A DNA stretch of 64,000 bases from Raillietiella orientalis (taxonomy: Eukaryota), in contig JAYWIR010000017.1 of NCBI GenBank assembly GCA_036172245.1, forward strand, positions 372,001 through 436,000, written 5' to 3'. Positions 39,730 to 52,485 of the stretch are shown here, piece by piece. Under the pieces are notes generated by a model, which worked only from the letters and a program-made list of their open reading frames with translations, was not told the origin of the DNA and did not search any database. Made by a program: the position numbers and the translations under genes. The stretch's first letter is position 1. Each line of letters starts with the position of its first letter.

Positions 39730-41390
39730 TGGTGAACCGTACACTGCGGCAGACAAAGTGCAGCTCTTGTTTTGAAGAAGGCCGTCGAGCCAGGCCGGCT
39801 GGCAGGCGCTCAAGTGGCATCGGACTCGACCAATCACCCACTACTCCTCTGCGGAAGAGTGGTCTGGCTGCCTCCAAAAAGTAGAGACGGCGATCGGCCC
39901 GTTCCAAGGCGGCAGGTTTTTCTTGCCGGAACGGGCCGCTGTTCGGAACACGTTCGCGGCTCCTCTCCTCCGCCCCCTACTTTTTGTTTGCTCCCCCACA
40001 GAGAGGATCAAAAAGCGGACGAAGGATCTCTTCCGTATAGCCCTTTGGGGCAACGGGAGGGCCCGAGTCCGCTTGAAGAACTTGTGCGCTCCGCGTCGGG
40101 ACGGCGGTCTAGGCCTCCTGACGTCGGAGCGCACCTGCTGGTGTGTCCCTGCACGTCTCCTCGTGAAGCAAGCCACGGACAAGACGGGACTCACGTCCTT
40201 TCTTGCACTCCATCGCTGCCGCATCAACCGATGTGGGCTTCAGCTACGGAGGGTGGCAGCCTTGGTTCGGAAAAATCAAGGATGGATCACCTGTCGCCCC
40301 GCGAACGGTAGTGCCTGGTTGCAGGAAACCGTTCGCACGTGAGGACAGTGCGGCATGCAACGCGCCCAACAGGAACGACGGTTCCTGTTTGGGTGCTACA
40401 GAAGTTGCACGCTCCGAGAGATCCTGGAGGATCTAAAGAAGAGAGCGCGGTCAGGAAGAACCCCCCTCGCTGCTGCTCTGGACTCCCTAATGGAAGATCA
40501 GGACAGCAATGTTGCGGCGAAGTGGGAGATTACAATAACAGTCTCCGAGAAGGAGAAGAAGCAAGGAGAGTGGTAGATGGGCCAGTTAAAAGACGCTGCG
40601 ACCCCGAGTACGCCTCCCAATGGAATTCTGCGCTGGGGCGCGCTAATCGATGTTCCCATTGAACATCTGAAGTGGCCCCCGGTGCTTATGAACACTTCTA
40701 CCCTCCCCTTAAAATGGCAGGAGTCGGCTCTACTGTTGCAGCACTGGGGACTCCCCTGCAACGCCTGCCGACACCACTGGACCTGGGGAGCGGTCGATCC
40801 CAACTGTGTTAAGTGTGGGGAACGGGAGTCCCTCCCCCACCTCCTTGTAGATTGTGTTGCCCTTCGGCCCCTTTGGTTCCGCTTTGCCGAGGCCATCGGA
40901 ATCCCCTCCGGCAACCCCAGGGACGCCTTGAAAGTCCTCTTCGTTGCCGACGCCCTACGGCCTGCGGTCTCGTTAGCAGCTCTGTGCTGCCTTCGCGGGA
41001 TCGTCGCCGCTTGGAGCAAGGCTACGGAAGGACCACGCGATAAGGATGCCATCGAGGGCGCCGCCCAATTTCTGAGGAGGGCGTCGCGATGGCCCCACCT
41101 GGATCCGCGAATACAGGAAGAGCTTGCCGGCATCCTGCGAAGGATGCAACGGCCCCAGCAGCAACTGTGATCCCTTCCCTTACCCTCCCAACTTTTCTTT
41201 TCTTTTAGTTTAGTTTTTTGTTTTTCCCCTTTCCCCCTGCTGCCGTGGTGGACCGTACCGGTCTGCGAACCGGTGACCCGGCAGGCTCTGTGTTTCTTCG
41301 TGCGTGGCTGGAGCATTGGTCCAGCCACTGCATGTCTTTGTAAAAGTTTATTATTTAATAAACGCCCCGGCGAAACCCGGGTGAAAATCG
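39730..41390 (+). mobile_element. Best-preserved 5'-truncated L1/Tx1-like LINE copy (post-RT region, zf-RVT, 3' UTR)
   Basis: LWGNGRARVRLKNLCAPRRDGGLGL (P-x3-GGLG motif of L1-clade ORF2); CVKCGERESLPHLLVDC; stop at 41170; T/C-rich UTR; AATAAA at ~41357. Confidence 0.85.
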
Positions 41391-43814
41391 ACCAAGCACC
41401 CCGCCACTCCCGACCCTACTGAGGGAGGGTTACGGTCTCTAGAGGTACTCTGTCGGGGAGGGTTGCTCCCGAAGCACTCGGGGGACGTTCACCTCCTGAC
41501 GACGTCCTGCTGCTCTCTGGCCAGGCGCGTTGCCTCAGCCCGCGCACTCAACAGACAGCGGGCCGTGCGCAGCGATGCCCAGAGGGAACCTGGAGCCTCA
41601 ACTACGTGCTCATGCACGGTCACCCGTGTTCGCGGGTGGGGACAAGCTTGGTTCGCCCCAGGATCGAGCTGGAACTAGATCCTGGCCGAAGATGATGATT
41701 GGGAAGATGCTCGAGGGCTGGAACTCATCTTAGCCGCCATTCTGCGAACCGGCGCCTCGCAGGGTTTCCAGAAAAAAAGCACCCTGTGTCATTCTGAACT
41801 CTCTATGTCGTCACGTTGACTTGACTCCGAGCTTGCATACAAAAGAGTGATACTTCTTGCACGTTTCTGCTGTGCATTGCTAATCTGAGGTGCTTGCGTT
41901 CGGTCTGGATCAACCAAATTAACGGCATTTTTGCCGAATCGTGCAAAAGCGAACTCGTGAGCATCCTGGACTCCTGAGTATCAACGACGATTCTCCATCG
42001 GGAAGAATCTTGCACATCTTAACAGCAGTTCGATTGCAGCACATCAGGCAACGCATTGTTCTTTTCTATCTGAGCCGGACCATCATTGTGTACACACAAA
42101 GAAGTGCTTTTTAGGGCCTGAAATCATTTGTCTTGGGTGCGTGCACATCGCTGAAGAACTCTGGCATCTGTAAACTTCCCCCACATCATCCATTTTCATA
42201 TTTTACAGCGTTCAGTTTGGAAAATCGTCCAAAAAAAGTGCTTGCTAAAGACGAACTTGTTGGGCATGGAGGTCTGAGAGGGAACGAGGCGCTTGCTTAC
42301 ATCCTCAGCATCACTCAGCACGATTGGGAAAGAGGCAAGCAGGTCATCATTTGCAAAAGAACTCATCCATGCTGGAAAGCATCGCGTAAATAATGACGAG
42401 AAACTCACAAAAATGAGCTCCCGGGAGGGTTATTTGACAAAGTCCGCAACAGCTTTCTGACACATCTGCTCTTTAATAACGATGTACCATGCCACGCTTT
42501 ATTTCCGTACACAAAGAGATGATCTTTATATGTGATATGAGTCAAGGCAATGATCCTCTTTATAGGAATTGTATAAATCGCTCTGCAAGTACTTTTTGTG
42601 AGATTTACACGCTGCATTTACCACACGCATTCCCTTCAGACAGCGGTCCCGAAAACACACAGGAAAAAAGCCGGATGCATCAAATTCCACATCACCGTTT
42701 CCTTGCAGAAGGATGCAAAGTGCTAGAGGAATGGTGCTAGAAAGATCGATACATCAGGCTAACGCTAACACGAGTCCTCTCTGTGTTTGGGAGAGCCAAT
42801 GATACAGTTGGAATCTCCATGGCATTTCTTCGGGTGTCCGAACAGACGGGAAGGTCTGTCGACGAAGCGCTGGGAGTTCGAACCGAGGTGAACCCGTTCG
42901 CACGCGTGCTTCGCCTCCAGAAGGGAGTTTTCTTTTTTTTTTTCTCGTATAGTGTACATCTCTATTCATCTGCTCGTTTTCGCTCCTTGCGACCGCCCTC
43001 CTCCAGTGAGTGCTCTCCTCCGCTAGCTGCCAGTCTGCGTCTCGGCGTTCCCTGCGTCGTGCTCCCGAGAAACTTTCATGTAGAGGGGCCCAGAGGGTTT
43101 CCTGTAACCCTTTTTTCCTTCCCCACGTAAGGAGTCGCATATTTTCTTCAGCAATTTTTTCCATCTTCCTTAGCGCTATTTCCTTCCCTCTTTGCCGCGC
43201 CCGAATGACAAGTCAGTTGGCTTCCCACCCGCTCACCCGGGATTCTTCGGACCTTCGAAGGAACGGGTGGCCCTGTTTGAAGTGTTTCATGTTTTGTACG
43301 TTTATCGTCTGAAGCTGCAATGAACGCCCCCAGGCAACGAGGTTCCGCAAAAAATTTACGCCTCATCAGCATTTAATTTGGATGAAGGTCCCAATGTGGC
43401 CGGGTGGGCAACAACCTCCACAAAGCTGGACAGGTTGGGACGATGGAAGCTGTGGAAATCCATCCCTTGCATTTCTTCATGCAACCTCCATCCTCGAATT
43501 TTTTAGACAAAAAAACCACGAAGCGGCAACGCGGGCTTTCGGAAAAACAAACACCTCCGGAGACTCTGAAAAGAAAAAAAAATTGAGTTATTTTGTTCGA
43601 CTTCAGTCTGGTCTTCCGTGGCAAGAATCTCGTTGTCCGGCATTTTCAAAGACGCACTTCTCCGCTCGAGTCGCGCTTCTTTTTCTTAACGCGAACGTGT
43701 GCAAACTTAGCCGCATCTTTGCGTACTCATGCCCGGGATTTCTAAAAAACCTTTTTTTGCCATCACCTTTATGAGACCGGTGACCAGCACCAATTTGATT
43801 GCTCAGACACCTCA

Positions 43815-44550
43815 TGATGGCCCACACGGGTGGCTGCAGTCTCCGCGCGTGGTACCAAGCCGTTGTGGGTTCGAATCCCACCTAGGGAAAGGATGCCGAG
43901 AACGGGGGGTACGTCTTGGCTTTCGAGTTTCTTTTTCCCCGGGTGCGGCATTGGCAGAATCTGGATGCTTCCGTTGCCTGGCTGGAATTGGAAGTTGACC
44001 CTCCGGGTTCCTTCCAGGAACCAAAGAGCCGGTTCCCTTCGGTGTTGCTCCCTGCCGGTTGTGCAAATGCAGACGTCTCCTCTCCCCCCTTGGAAGAGGA
44101 CCCTCCATCGCGTACCATGGAGCTGCTCCCTTCGAGAAATCCAGAGAAATCGGGAAGCGTCCCTTCGGGGTTCTCTTTACAGGGGGAAGCATGGAGAGTT
44201 TCCCTTGCGGGTTCCCTCCGGAACAGAAATTCCTACTAGCGGATCCTTTCCTCGTTTCCTTCGGAGAAGAAAGGAGGAGCGGTCCCCAGAAACCGGAGGG
44301 TCCCTCCGAAGAGAACGAGGAAGAGGTTCTTTTCGATGTTCTCTTCGGCGAAAATCAGGATGGAGGGTTCCCTTCGCGGTTCGCTCCCAAGCATGAGAGG
44401 AACGGACCTTCCTCCGGAGCCTTCCTGGATTCATAGAGTGGTCACTTGAAGAGTTGACTTTGCACCCTCGGATGGCATGGAACAGTGTTAAAGAGCTTCT
44501 TAAGCATCTAGGCAAACGGTTCTTGAGCAAACGAGAAGAAAAAAAAAAAA
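43815..44550 (+). mobile_element. SINE-like family copy C, near full length (tRNA-like head, hairpin body, poly-A tail)
   Basis: T-arm/B-box gtgggttcgaatcccac at 43865-43881; body shared with copies B, D and E; A-run ending at 44550. Confidence 0.85.
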
Positions 44551-44559
44551 CTCTTCATG

Positions 44560-45300
44560 ATGGGACCCCTTTTAGAACCCAGGGCGTTTTGTATGTAGAA
44601 ACTTGAGATGTCACTGATTCCAGGGAGGTTATTCCATCTCCTTTTCACTTCTCCATAATCAAGAATCAGTTTTTCTTTCAAAGAAGAGGTCGTCACTGAA
44701 TTTTCAGGAAGATGGAATCCGTCAATCTATTTTTAGATGAAGCGAATCTAGCTGGGCGCCTAGCAAGAAAGCTGCTAGGAAATGGCGCTGTGTTCGAAGG
44801 GTGGATGTTTTATGCAAAGGGCAATGGATTTTTTGTTCGGGATTTTTTGTTCCCGTATACATGAAACGGTGCTCTGATGCTGATTTTCCAGAGTTTGGAA
44901 TCTGAGCTTGTGGTTTTCCTGGGAGCCTTGCTTTTTTTCAAGAAAACTTCGCCTTGTGTATGTAAAGGGCCCAGAAAGACCTCGCGTACTCCGTACAATA
45001 TAGAAATAATGTGCCCTGTGCGTAAATTTGCGATCACGTACGGATTAAAGAGATTTAGTTCATCTAATCGTACCTCACTTCTCACTTCCAACGACAAGTT
45101 CTAGAGCCATCCTGGAAAATATCTAAAGGAGAAGTGAAAAGTAACAAGGGATGAAAAGTGGAAAGGTCCTGGGATGCTTTAAGATCATTGAAGTCTCTGA
45201 GATTGTTTTCCTCCACAGATTTTCGAGCATTCACGAAACGAATTGCTAAGAATGTTTTGGGGAATCTTTCCAAAAACATTGGAAAAATTGTGTATGTTTT
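44560..45300 (-). mobile_element. Degenerate LINE endonuclease-to-RT linker remnant
   Basis: Ordered decayed motifs on the minus strand: LRDFN (GDFN), VRLDE (SRLD), TGH (SDH), LWKIS (WKLN), LPGISDISSFY (PGxDG-x3-FY). Confidence 0.4.
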
Positions 45301-48002
45301 CCTGTGTGTGTTTCTTAATACAAGGAAAGTTTTCCTTGGAGTGCACTAAAAATGTCTGTAAGAAATTCAGGATACCACGAAGACCGTCGGCTTTCTCACA
45401 CAGCATTTTCTAATCGAATTAGACGCGGTTTCTCTAGGTGATCGTAACTGATGTTTAGAGTCACAAAAAAATGTTTCCTTCCTAAGCAATCCTCAAGTAC
45501 GTAAAAAAGAAAGGAACAGATTTAAGGGTTGTTCTCTGTCATGCACGAAATCGCTTTGCTCTACACAAAAATGGAGGCAAAAGTGCAAATTTTTCTCCAT
45601 GGAGGACCATCGAAGGGTTGTCCAAAGATCTGTTTGCATGCTGAGAGCGAGGTGGATCAGTAACGGTACAGTTTTCAAACAGGGAATTTGCATCTTGTAT
45701 GAGACAGTGAGCTGGAGAACTAGGGTACTGGAGAACTACAGTAAACTGAAACGAATCATTTCGTCTGCTGTCTTATCAAAGATGCTGCCAGCTTCTTTCT
45801 GCAGACATGGCTATTTGCGTTTATTCCTAAATAGGGATGGTATAATAAGATGTGTATGGATGCGTTAAGTATTCAATGTTAAAAATGATATGCGCATAAG
45901 AAGGAAGGAAGCTGCATAAAAATGCGTTCTAATATTTAAATAAGAAGTAGAAGAAAGACATAAATCCCTTATAAGACAGGTAATGCAATCTCGTCAGTGT
46001 ATGAAAAGTGATGATCGTGTGATATTCTGAATACGCATTGTATGTATTTGACCTTTAGTTCATTAAGCTTCAGCAGGCATTGTAGCTCCAGGTCGAACCT
46101 TCCAAGAGTGTAGAATGAGAAAGTTTCATGCCGATCTCGAAACGGTCAACATTTCTGCATTAAATGTACCCAAAAAACAGTCCATGAAGACAAGAATAGT
46201 ACGTTTTAGTCAGGAAGTTCTGTTTACTATTTACGAGTTCTACCCAAAGTTTGCATCGCTAAATTCTGAATTTACTCCAACTGAAGTTTATGGAGTTGTT
46301 TCATTTGAAGTTTGAATGAGCTTATTTAAGAAGTCTCATTGAATGCATGTCCCATTCCAAATATTTAATGCATGTGACTGATCTGTTGAGCTACTAGTTT
46401 TAGTGGATATTGTGTGTGCAACGGTGTCGTAGCTCAGTAGCTCATTTCAGCACGCAGATTTCATAAAATGCACTATTTTCCAACCAAGTACCAAACATTA
46501 AACGATCCTTCCATATGTGTATTTGAAAATCAAGAGAAACCGAGCGACAAACACTGGTACTTAGTAGTGCAAGGAAGCTGAAGCACAGAAAGAAACACGA
46601 ATTCGTGCTTCTTTCTGTTCGTGGTTGCTTGGCGATATTTTTCAAACGCTGTACTCTACACTGCTGGAATTATCAACAAATCGATCTCTTAAAGATCTCT
46701 GTGCTTTCACATTAAGATATGTGACTTTTTTTTACTAGGTTCACAGTAGGGGTGGGCGTCCATATTTCCAAATTGACCACGGAGTTTTCCAGGTGGGTTT
46801 AATTTTTCCATCCGTGTGAAACAGAGAGACAGATACTTCTTCTCTTGTGGTTCTTTATCTCGTCTACTGAACTCAAATGGAGCTCTTTTTTAAGTTATCA
46901 GCTAATCCTACACACGTCTGTTTTTGTGCATGAGCAAATCAGCCCGATCTGTTCCCTGCATCTTTCCGTTTCAAGGAACTGATTACAGTCTTCATTCCAA
47001 GGTATTTAATACTAATCAATGTTAATTACACAAATCACACATACATATACATGACATGAATGCACTGAATTCCGATGTCACATAATAAAATCGCAAAGCG
47101 GGAAATAAAGACCGCAGATTGGTTCATTTTTTTGAAAACAAAGGAAGTCGTATTCAGAAGTGCCTGTCTTTCCATGTTGGGAATACTGTTCAAAGTCATC
47201 CAAGACCATGATCTGCGACTCTGTTGATGGAACATTACAAAATCCTGAGGAATTAGGTCTGAGAAAAATAGAACGTGGGAATCTAATCTCTCTTTGAACA
47301 GGACATACCTGTTGGTATTCTCATCCTGTTGCAACGGGCAACAGCGATAGGGCGCTTGCTACGTGAGCTGATCTGAAAGCTACATTCTAATTTCCCCTTA
47401 TGTTTCCATTTTTAGTGTTCTGCAAGGGTTTCTATTACCCAAAAAGAGTGAAGGAGCTGAGATGGCCATCAGTGAGGAGGATGGTCACCATCACAACACG
47501 AAACAGAGGTGTGCTTTGCAGTTATGGATTAGTCTGTATTTGTTGACGGACAGATGAAGTGGTCATGATGCACAAAGTAGCGTGGAGCAATTTGCTGTCT
47601 GGATTTCAAGCTCTGAAAATCATTCGAGATCAGTAAGAGTGAACTTGGACTTCCAAGCAGTTCCTCTCCAGGAACTAATTAGCACCGTTTTATTTGATAG
47701 GAAAGAAAGCAGACGTCACAACCAGTAACTCAGATGTCCATATTGAAGATTGGCGAGCTAATCTCATGCACCTGAGGCAGCTTGACCTTAGATCATTTTT
47801 CTTCAGGATTCAAGACAAACCAGGTAGAGGAGGTAATTCCTCTTAATATCGGAAACAGCGGACATGATGAAACGAGCTTATTTGCAGAACTGAAAATGAT
47901 GGTTTATTACGATTGCTGATCCCAAGTGCATCAAGCATGCGTTTCTCCCAAGGAGGTGATGTTCACTGAGCACTGTCCAAAGAACGGCCGGTGCCTCATC
48001 TT

Positions 48003-51000
48003 TCATATCGTGGTTGGATGAGGGATGTGAGCATGAGTATACAGACTCTTACGTAGAATGTCGAAGTAGCGGATCTCTTCCGCTTCTCTGCCGAAGACGC
48101 TTCCGATGGAACTTGGTTGACACTCAGGGGTATCGGCGGTTTGCCTCGCTTTGCTCGATGGGTTTAAGGAGAAAGGGAAAACGTTCACCTTCATCGGAGA
48201 GAAAGATGTACTAACTGGTCGGAATGCACTTTCCTGGTAGTCTCTTGCTAGAGACAGGAAAGCAGAAGCATACCGCGACCACAAAAGTGGATACGAAGCG
48301 AGGTTGGTCAGTTTGTCTTCAGAAGGGCACCATAGAGGTTCTCCACAACCAGGAAAGTATGCAGGGATTGCTTCCTTGATGCCTTTTGGGAATGCCACTG
48401 GTGTCGAAGACGGCTTTTCGACCGTTGTGTGCGCGTCTTTGGTCAGTTGGAGCAAGCGTCTCTTCCTGGCAGAAACCTGAGTTCGTTTCCTCCCTCCACC
48501 TCCGTTGAACATGGCTTTGACATCTTCCCATGCAAACAGAATCTCATTGGGCGCATTCGCATTCAGCTTTATGTGACGCCTCCACGAGTTAAAGTTCGCC
48601 GCGTCGGGCTGAACGTAGCGCGACCCCGGAAGACGGTGCGAATGGAACACGAATTTGTTCGGAGACAAGTACAAGGAACAGTGTGAGCACCGAACACATT
48701 TGGCCCTTGATGAGTTGTAGCGTGCTGGAGAGAAGAATCCACGGCAGCCCCAAGCGCACTCATGGTACACGTCGAACACGAAATCTTCGGGCAAGTGAGG
48801 GGGGGCGTTGTCTCCTAGAAAGACAGGTTTGTTGGCGTCTCCATGCGGAGGGGAGCTTCTGATGTTCTAGTCAGGAAACCGAAGAAATCTCGAGATTTTC
48901 GGCGGATTCCTGCATCCACGGTTGGGTGGATACAGCCGTGCGCTGCTCGCGAAACGGAACCTGGAAACGAAACCTTGGAAGGACTGGAAACATGGAGATC
49001 TCGATTGCCTACGATGAACTCGTGCTTCCAGGCTGATCTCGGCTGACCGTTAAGTTTTCAAGTGCCCCGCTGAAAACTGGGAGCCTCAGGAAAGTTTGGA
49101 GACCAAGCGTCTCAAGCAAAAAGGATATTTCGAGATTTTCGCAGCCTCAGCGGTCAAACAGCTCAACCCACCTTGTGCCTGTGTGAGCACTTTCAGCTCT
49201 GGGCACGTCGGTTCCTTTTTTGCCAAACTATGTGCAAACGTGGTGGCTGCTCCAGAGACAGGTGGAGGCAGCAACGAAGTCTACGGCGCACTCCACGTCG
49301 GGTGCACTTATCTCGCAACAAAACCGCTCTCCGGAAGATCTGTTTCCGCGAAACGCACATTTGGAATCTCTTGGTTTCCATTCACTGCGTTATTCTACGA
49401 GATGATTCGGATGCACCTCATGATGAGGACACTCCACTCCTGCGTAGCAGGCAGAGTGCTATTAAAAGCAGGTTCTTTCGAAATACCAACTTGAGCGAAA
49501 AGCAGTAAACATGAAACCCTGAGATGGCCGACAGAACATTCAGAGGTTAGGTGACCCCACATGTAAAAGCAGAGATAATGGTCCCTTTCGTTTTCCCTGA
49601 TTTCCCCAAAGTGGATTTTTCCAATACTTTTTCATTTGACTTGGTATGTTTGTCTGTTTCTAAAAATTCGTATGAAGATGATGCCCTCCGATCTTTTTCA
49701 TGCCAGGAAACTTTCACTTTCCTGATGTTGTAGTACCATCATTAAAATCAAAACTAGAATACTACTTAGAGATGACTCCTTTCAATAAACTCGATTGTTC
49801 CATGAAGACCAAGCCAATTTACAGGACAGTTGGAGCCATCATTAGTAGCGTTCCAAAATTCACTCACGTCTCGTAAATGACTTTCATTTGTGAGTATAAC
49901 GAGTGCTGCTGGAGCCAATTGAGACGATGATTGTGTTTAGGGGACCAAAAAACATAACCGAAATTGTGTTTATGTGAACTGGTGTTCTAATCCTAGTGTA
50001 TTCTCCAGCTGTTCCAGCTCAGTTGAGTTACTATAAAGAGGAAGGTTTGTCATCAATGGGGTAATTAGCTTTTCATTTTGATTTATTGTCGCTATTTTCC
50101 GAAGATCTAGGATGATCTTCTATATAGGATGAGCAGGTAACTGCATCATCTAATGGCATTGATAATTTTGATCTTTTCATTTTTCCTTTTCCACTCCCTA
50201 CTAAGAGCAGCATGTTTATTGCGAACCTGCTGCTGCTGATGTTCCTCTTATCTCTGAGTGCTGGCAAATAAATTTCGCATCCATTTTGAAGGACACGCTT
50301 GAGCCTCGACGAAAGGAATCTCACACATGCTACCCTCGAGGGCAAAGATGCCATCTTTCTGAAGGTCTTTTATCAGAGAGATTCTGCAGAATTGCATGCA
50401 GACAGGCGAAGACCCACAGTGTTGTGGAATCGGGCTGTGGTTCACTGCTCCTGTTCGGCAAGGTGGGTAGCCATTTTCGCGTCTTCAAGAACTAATCCGG
50501 TCATCCTTTTTCAGCATTGCTGGTCTCCTTCTAAATGGCCGAAATGCACGTTGAGCGATGCACAACTAGACAAAGTTCTTATTCAGGCAACACTTGGAAC
50601 ATTGTGCTTATGAATATGCACGGTGCTCTCCAGACGTGACTTCCGAGGGTTCGTGATTATAGAATCACCAATAATCGATGAGTGATCTGCTGCTCTGTAT
50701 CTGCAGTTAATGCTTAAGGAACATTCAGATAATGCAGGACGAATAGTTTCCCATTTTCAGAAGAGTACACATTTGTGGATGTAGGAGACCTGCAAGACGT
50801 AAAGATAGCGTCAACATCCATCCCCCCCCCTCCCCAAAAGCAAACTGAGCTTTCTTGCTCACTCTCCTCTGAGATCACATGTGCCTACAAGCATCCTGGG
50901 TTCTACGAGTTCCTGCAAGTAAGGCAGTGCAGCATGACTTTATCGAAAAGGGAAAAGCAAAACACTAATGAGTCGTGTGCCTTCAGGACATCTTCCTCAT

Positions 51001-52485
51001 GAATGATTTCGATGCAACCTCAGGAGATATATGTAACCGCTCTGTTCTGGGGACAATGGCTTCCTACATGCTCCTTAACAAGGAAATTTCCTGGGGAAAT
51101 TTCTTGCCGTTGATCTTCCGAGTCCCTTCTCCCTGCAGTTGATTCAAGAGAGAATTTGGATCTACCATTTTTATTGGCACCACCTCCTTCGGTGAAGTTA
51201 TTCCATCAACAGCAAATGGAGTGTCCTTGTCATTATTCTCTGCTCTTTCCTTTAGAAGCTCCTGCTTGCTCCTTTGAAGCTGAAGCAAAAAACGGAGAGC
51301 AGCATCCTTAACCTCTGGAAATCACGTCACGCGGAATGGTTTCCTCCAGTTTCCTTTCAGCGGGTTACTCTGAATTCAGCTCAAGTGTTTCTCTCTCTCA
51401 CTCCGCATCTGTGGATACGATCTCCCAAGTGAAAATCAAGTGGGAAAGTTCCGAGAAGCTTGAGTGACACGAATGATGCGCAGGAAAGTCTGCCAATTTA
51501 TCTTTCCAGCCACGAGTTGCATTCGCCAGCCACTATCAGTCAACATGGCCTCTAGAAATAGCGGAACGTCAAAATCGAACTGTTCCCGAAAAAGAATCAC
51601 ATTCTTTGATTTGGCTTTCCCTTTCAGTTCGCCAGCAATCCTGATGATCTTCAGACCTCGAGTCGGGTTCTCTGATTTCCCTCGCACGCATAGAGGCGCC
51701 GTAAAAGGCTCCTGCAAGGAACTCGCCGGCACGCCTCTCATCCATGCAGCTTATTAACCATACTGAGATGCTGATGTTTTGACAGTGCTCCTCGGAGCTC
51801 CACACTGAATAAAGTTTTCCCGTCTCTAGAGGAACTTGCACGTGGTTTTCGTGCTGTCTTTTGAAAATCCCCGGACGACGCGATACGAAAAATAGCGTGG
51901 GAAGAAAATTATTGGATCGTCTTCGTTATTCTTTGATTTGCCCGCTGCCGTGCCTCTCACCTTCTCTCAAAGAAACCTTTGACTTTCGCTTTCACCAACA
52001 ACCACAAGAAAACTAAGCAGAAGGTACGAGCACTCGACCCTTTCGTCCTTCAGTAATGGAGGAGTCGAGCTGAACAACAAACCGCAGTTGTTTGAAGGTG
52101 GTTTGAAAAACTGTTGCTTGGATACCGGATTAGGATTGCATTCTCAAGATTCTGCTGATGCAAGTTTTCCCATGCAGGAGAAGGAAAATCTTGAAAAGAA
52201 ACGGTCCTCACCCAGAAAACTTTTGCACAGTCTTTCTGCCTCTCTTTTGGTTATCAGTCCGCATCGACGAGAACTCACGGGCATGGCGCCTGCGCGACGA
52301 AGAATTTCCAGCTGGACAGGAGTGCACTGCACGCAAGTAATGCCCAGGGCTACTCTTCTGTTGTGGATTTCATTGTAACTATGATGACACAGTAGAGTGT
52401 TAGAAATTTGTGCAAGGCATAGGCGTTCCTGGTTCTCGATCAGGAGGGCAATGATCGGCACTCCGTAAAGAAGAACAGTTGTTAC
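48003..52485 (-). CDS. SKOR: SKI family transcriptional corepressor (SKOR1/2, fussel/CORL-type); 5' exon not identified
   Basis: Exon 52485-52212 encodes the Ski/Sno (DHD) domain LYGVPIIALLIENQERLCLAQISNTLL...YNEIHNRRVALGITCVQCTPVQLEILRRAGAMPVSSRRCGLITKREAERLCKSFLG. It splices in phase to exon 48814-48003, encoding the SAND-like domain DNAPPHLPEDFVFDVYHECAWGCRGFF...YNSSRAKC...SPNKFVFHSH...DAANFNSWRRH. The 3' end is either the stop at 48003 or a donor at ~48052. Confidence 0.93.

Noticed and set aside
43830..43890. tRNA gene (T-arm GTGGGTTCGAATCCCAC)
   Set aside because: No convincing acceptor stem or D-arm and no oligo-T terminator directly after it; it is the head of a dispersed repeat.
43916..44239. 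Peptide shared among SINE copies (WLELEVDPPGSF...PPSRTME)
   Set aside because: Frames and stops are not preserved between copies; the similarity simply reflects nucleotide homology.
49900..51750. Extra SKOR exons or a nested gene in the SKOR intron
   Set aside because: The DHD and SAND exons join in phase without them; the ORFs look like decayed TE sequence (e.g. RISLIKD resembling RPISL) but cannot be firmly called.
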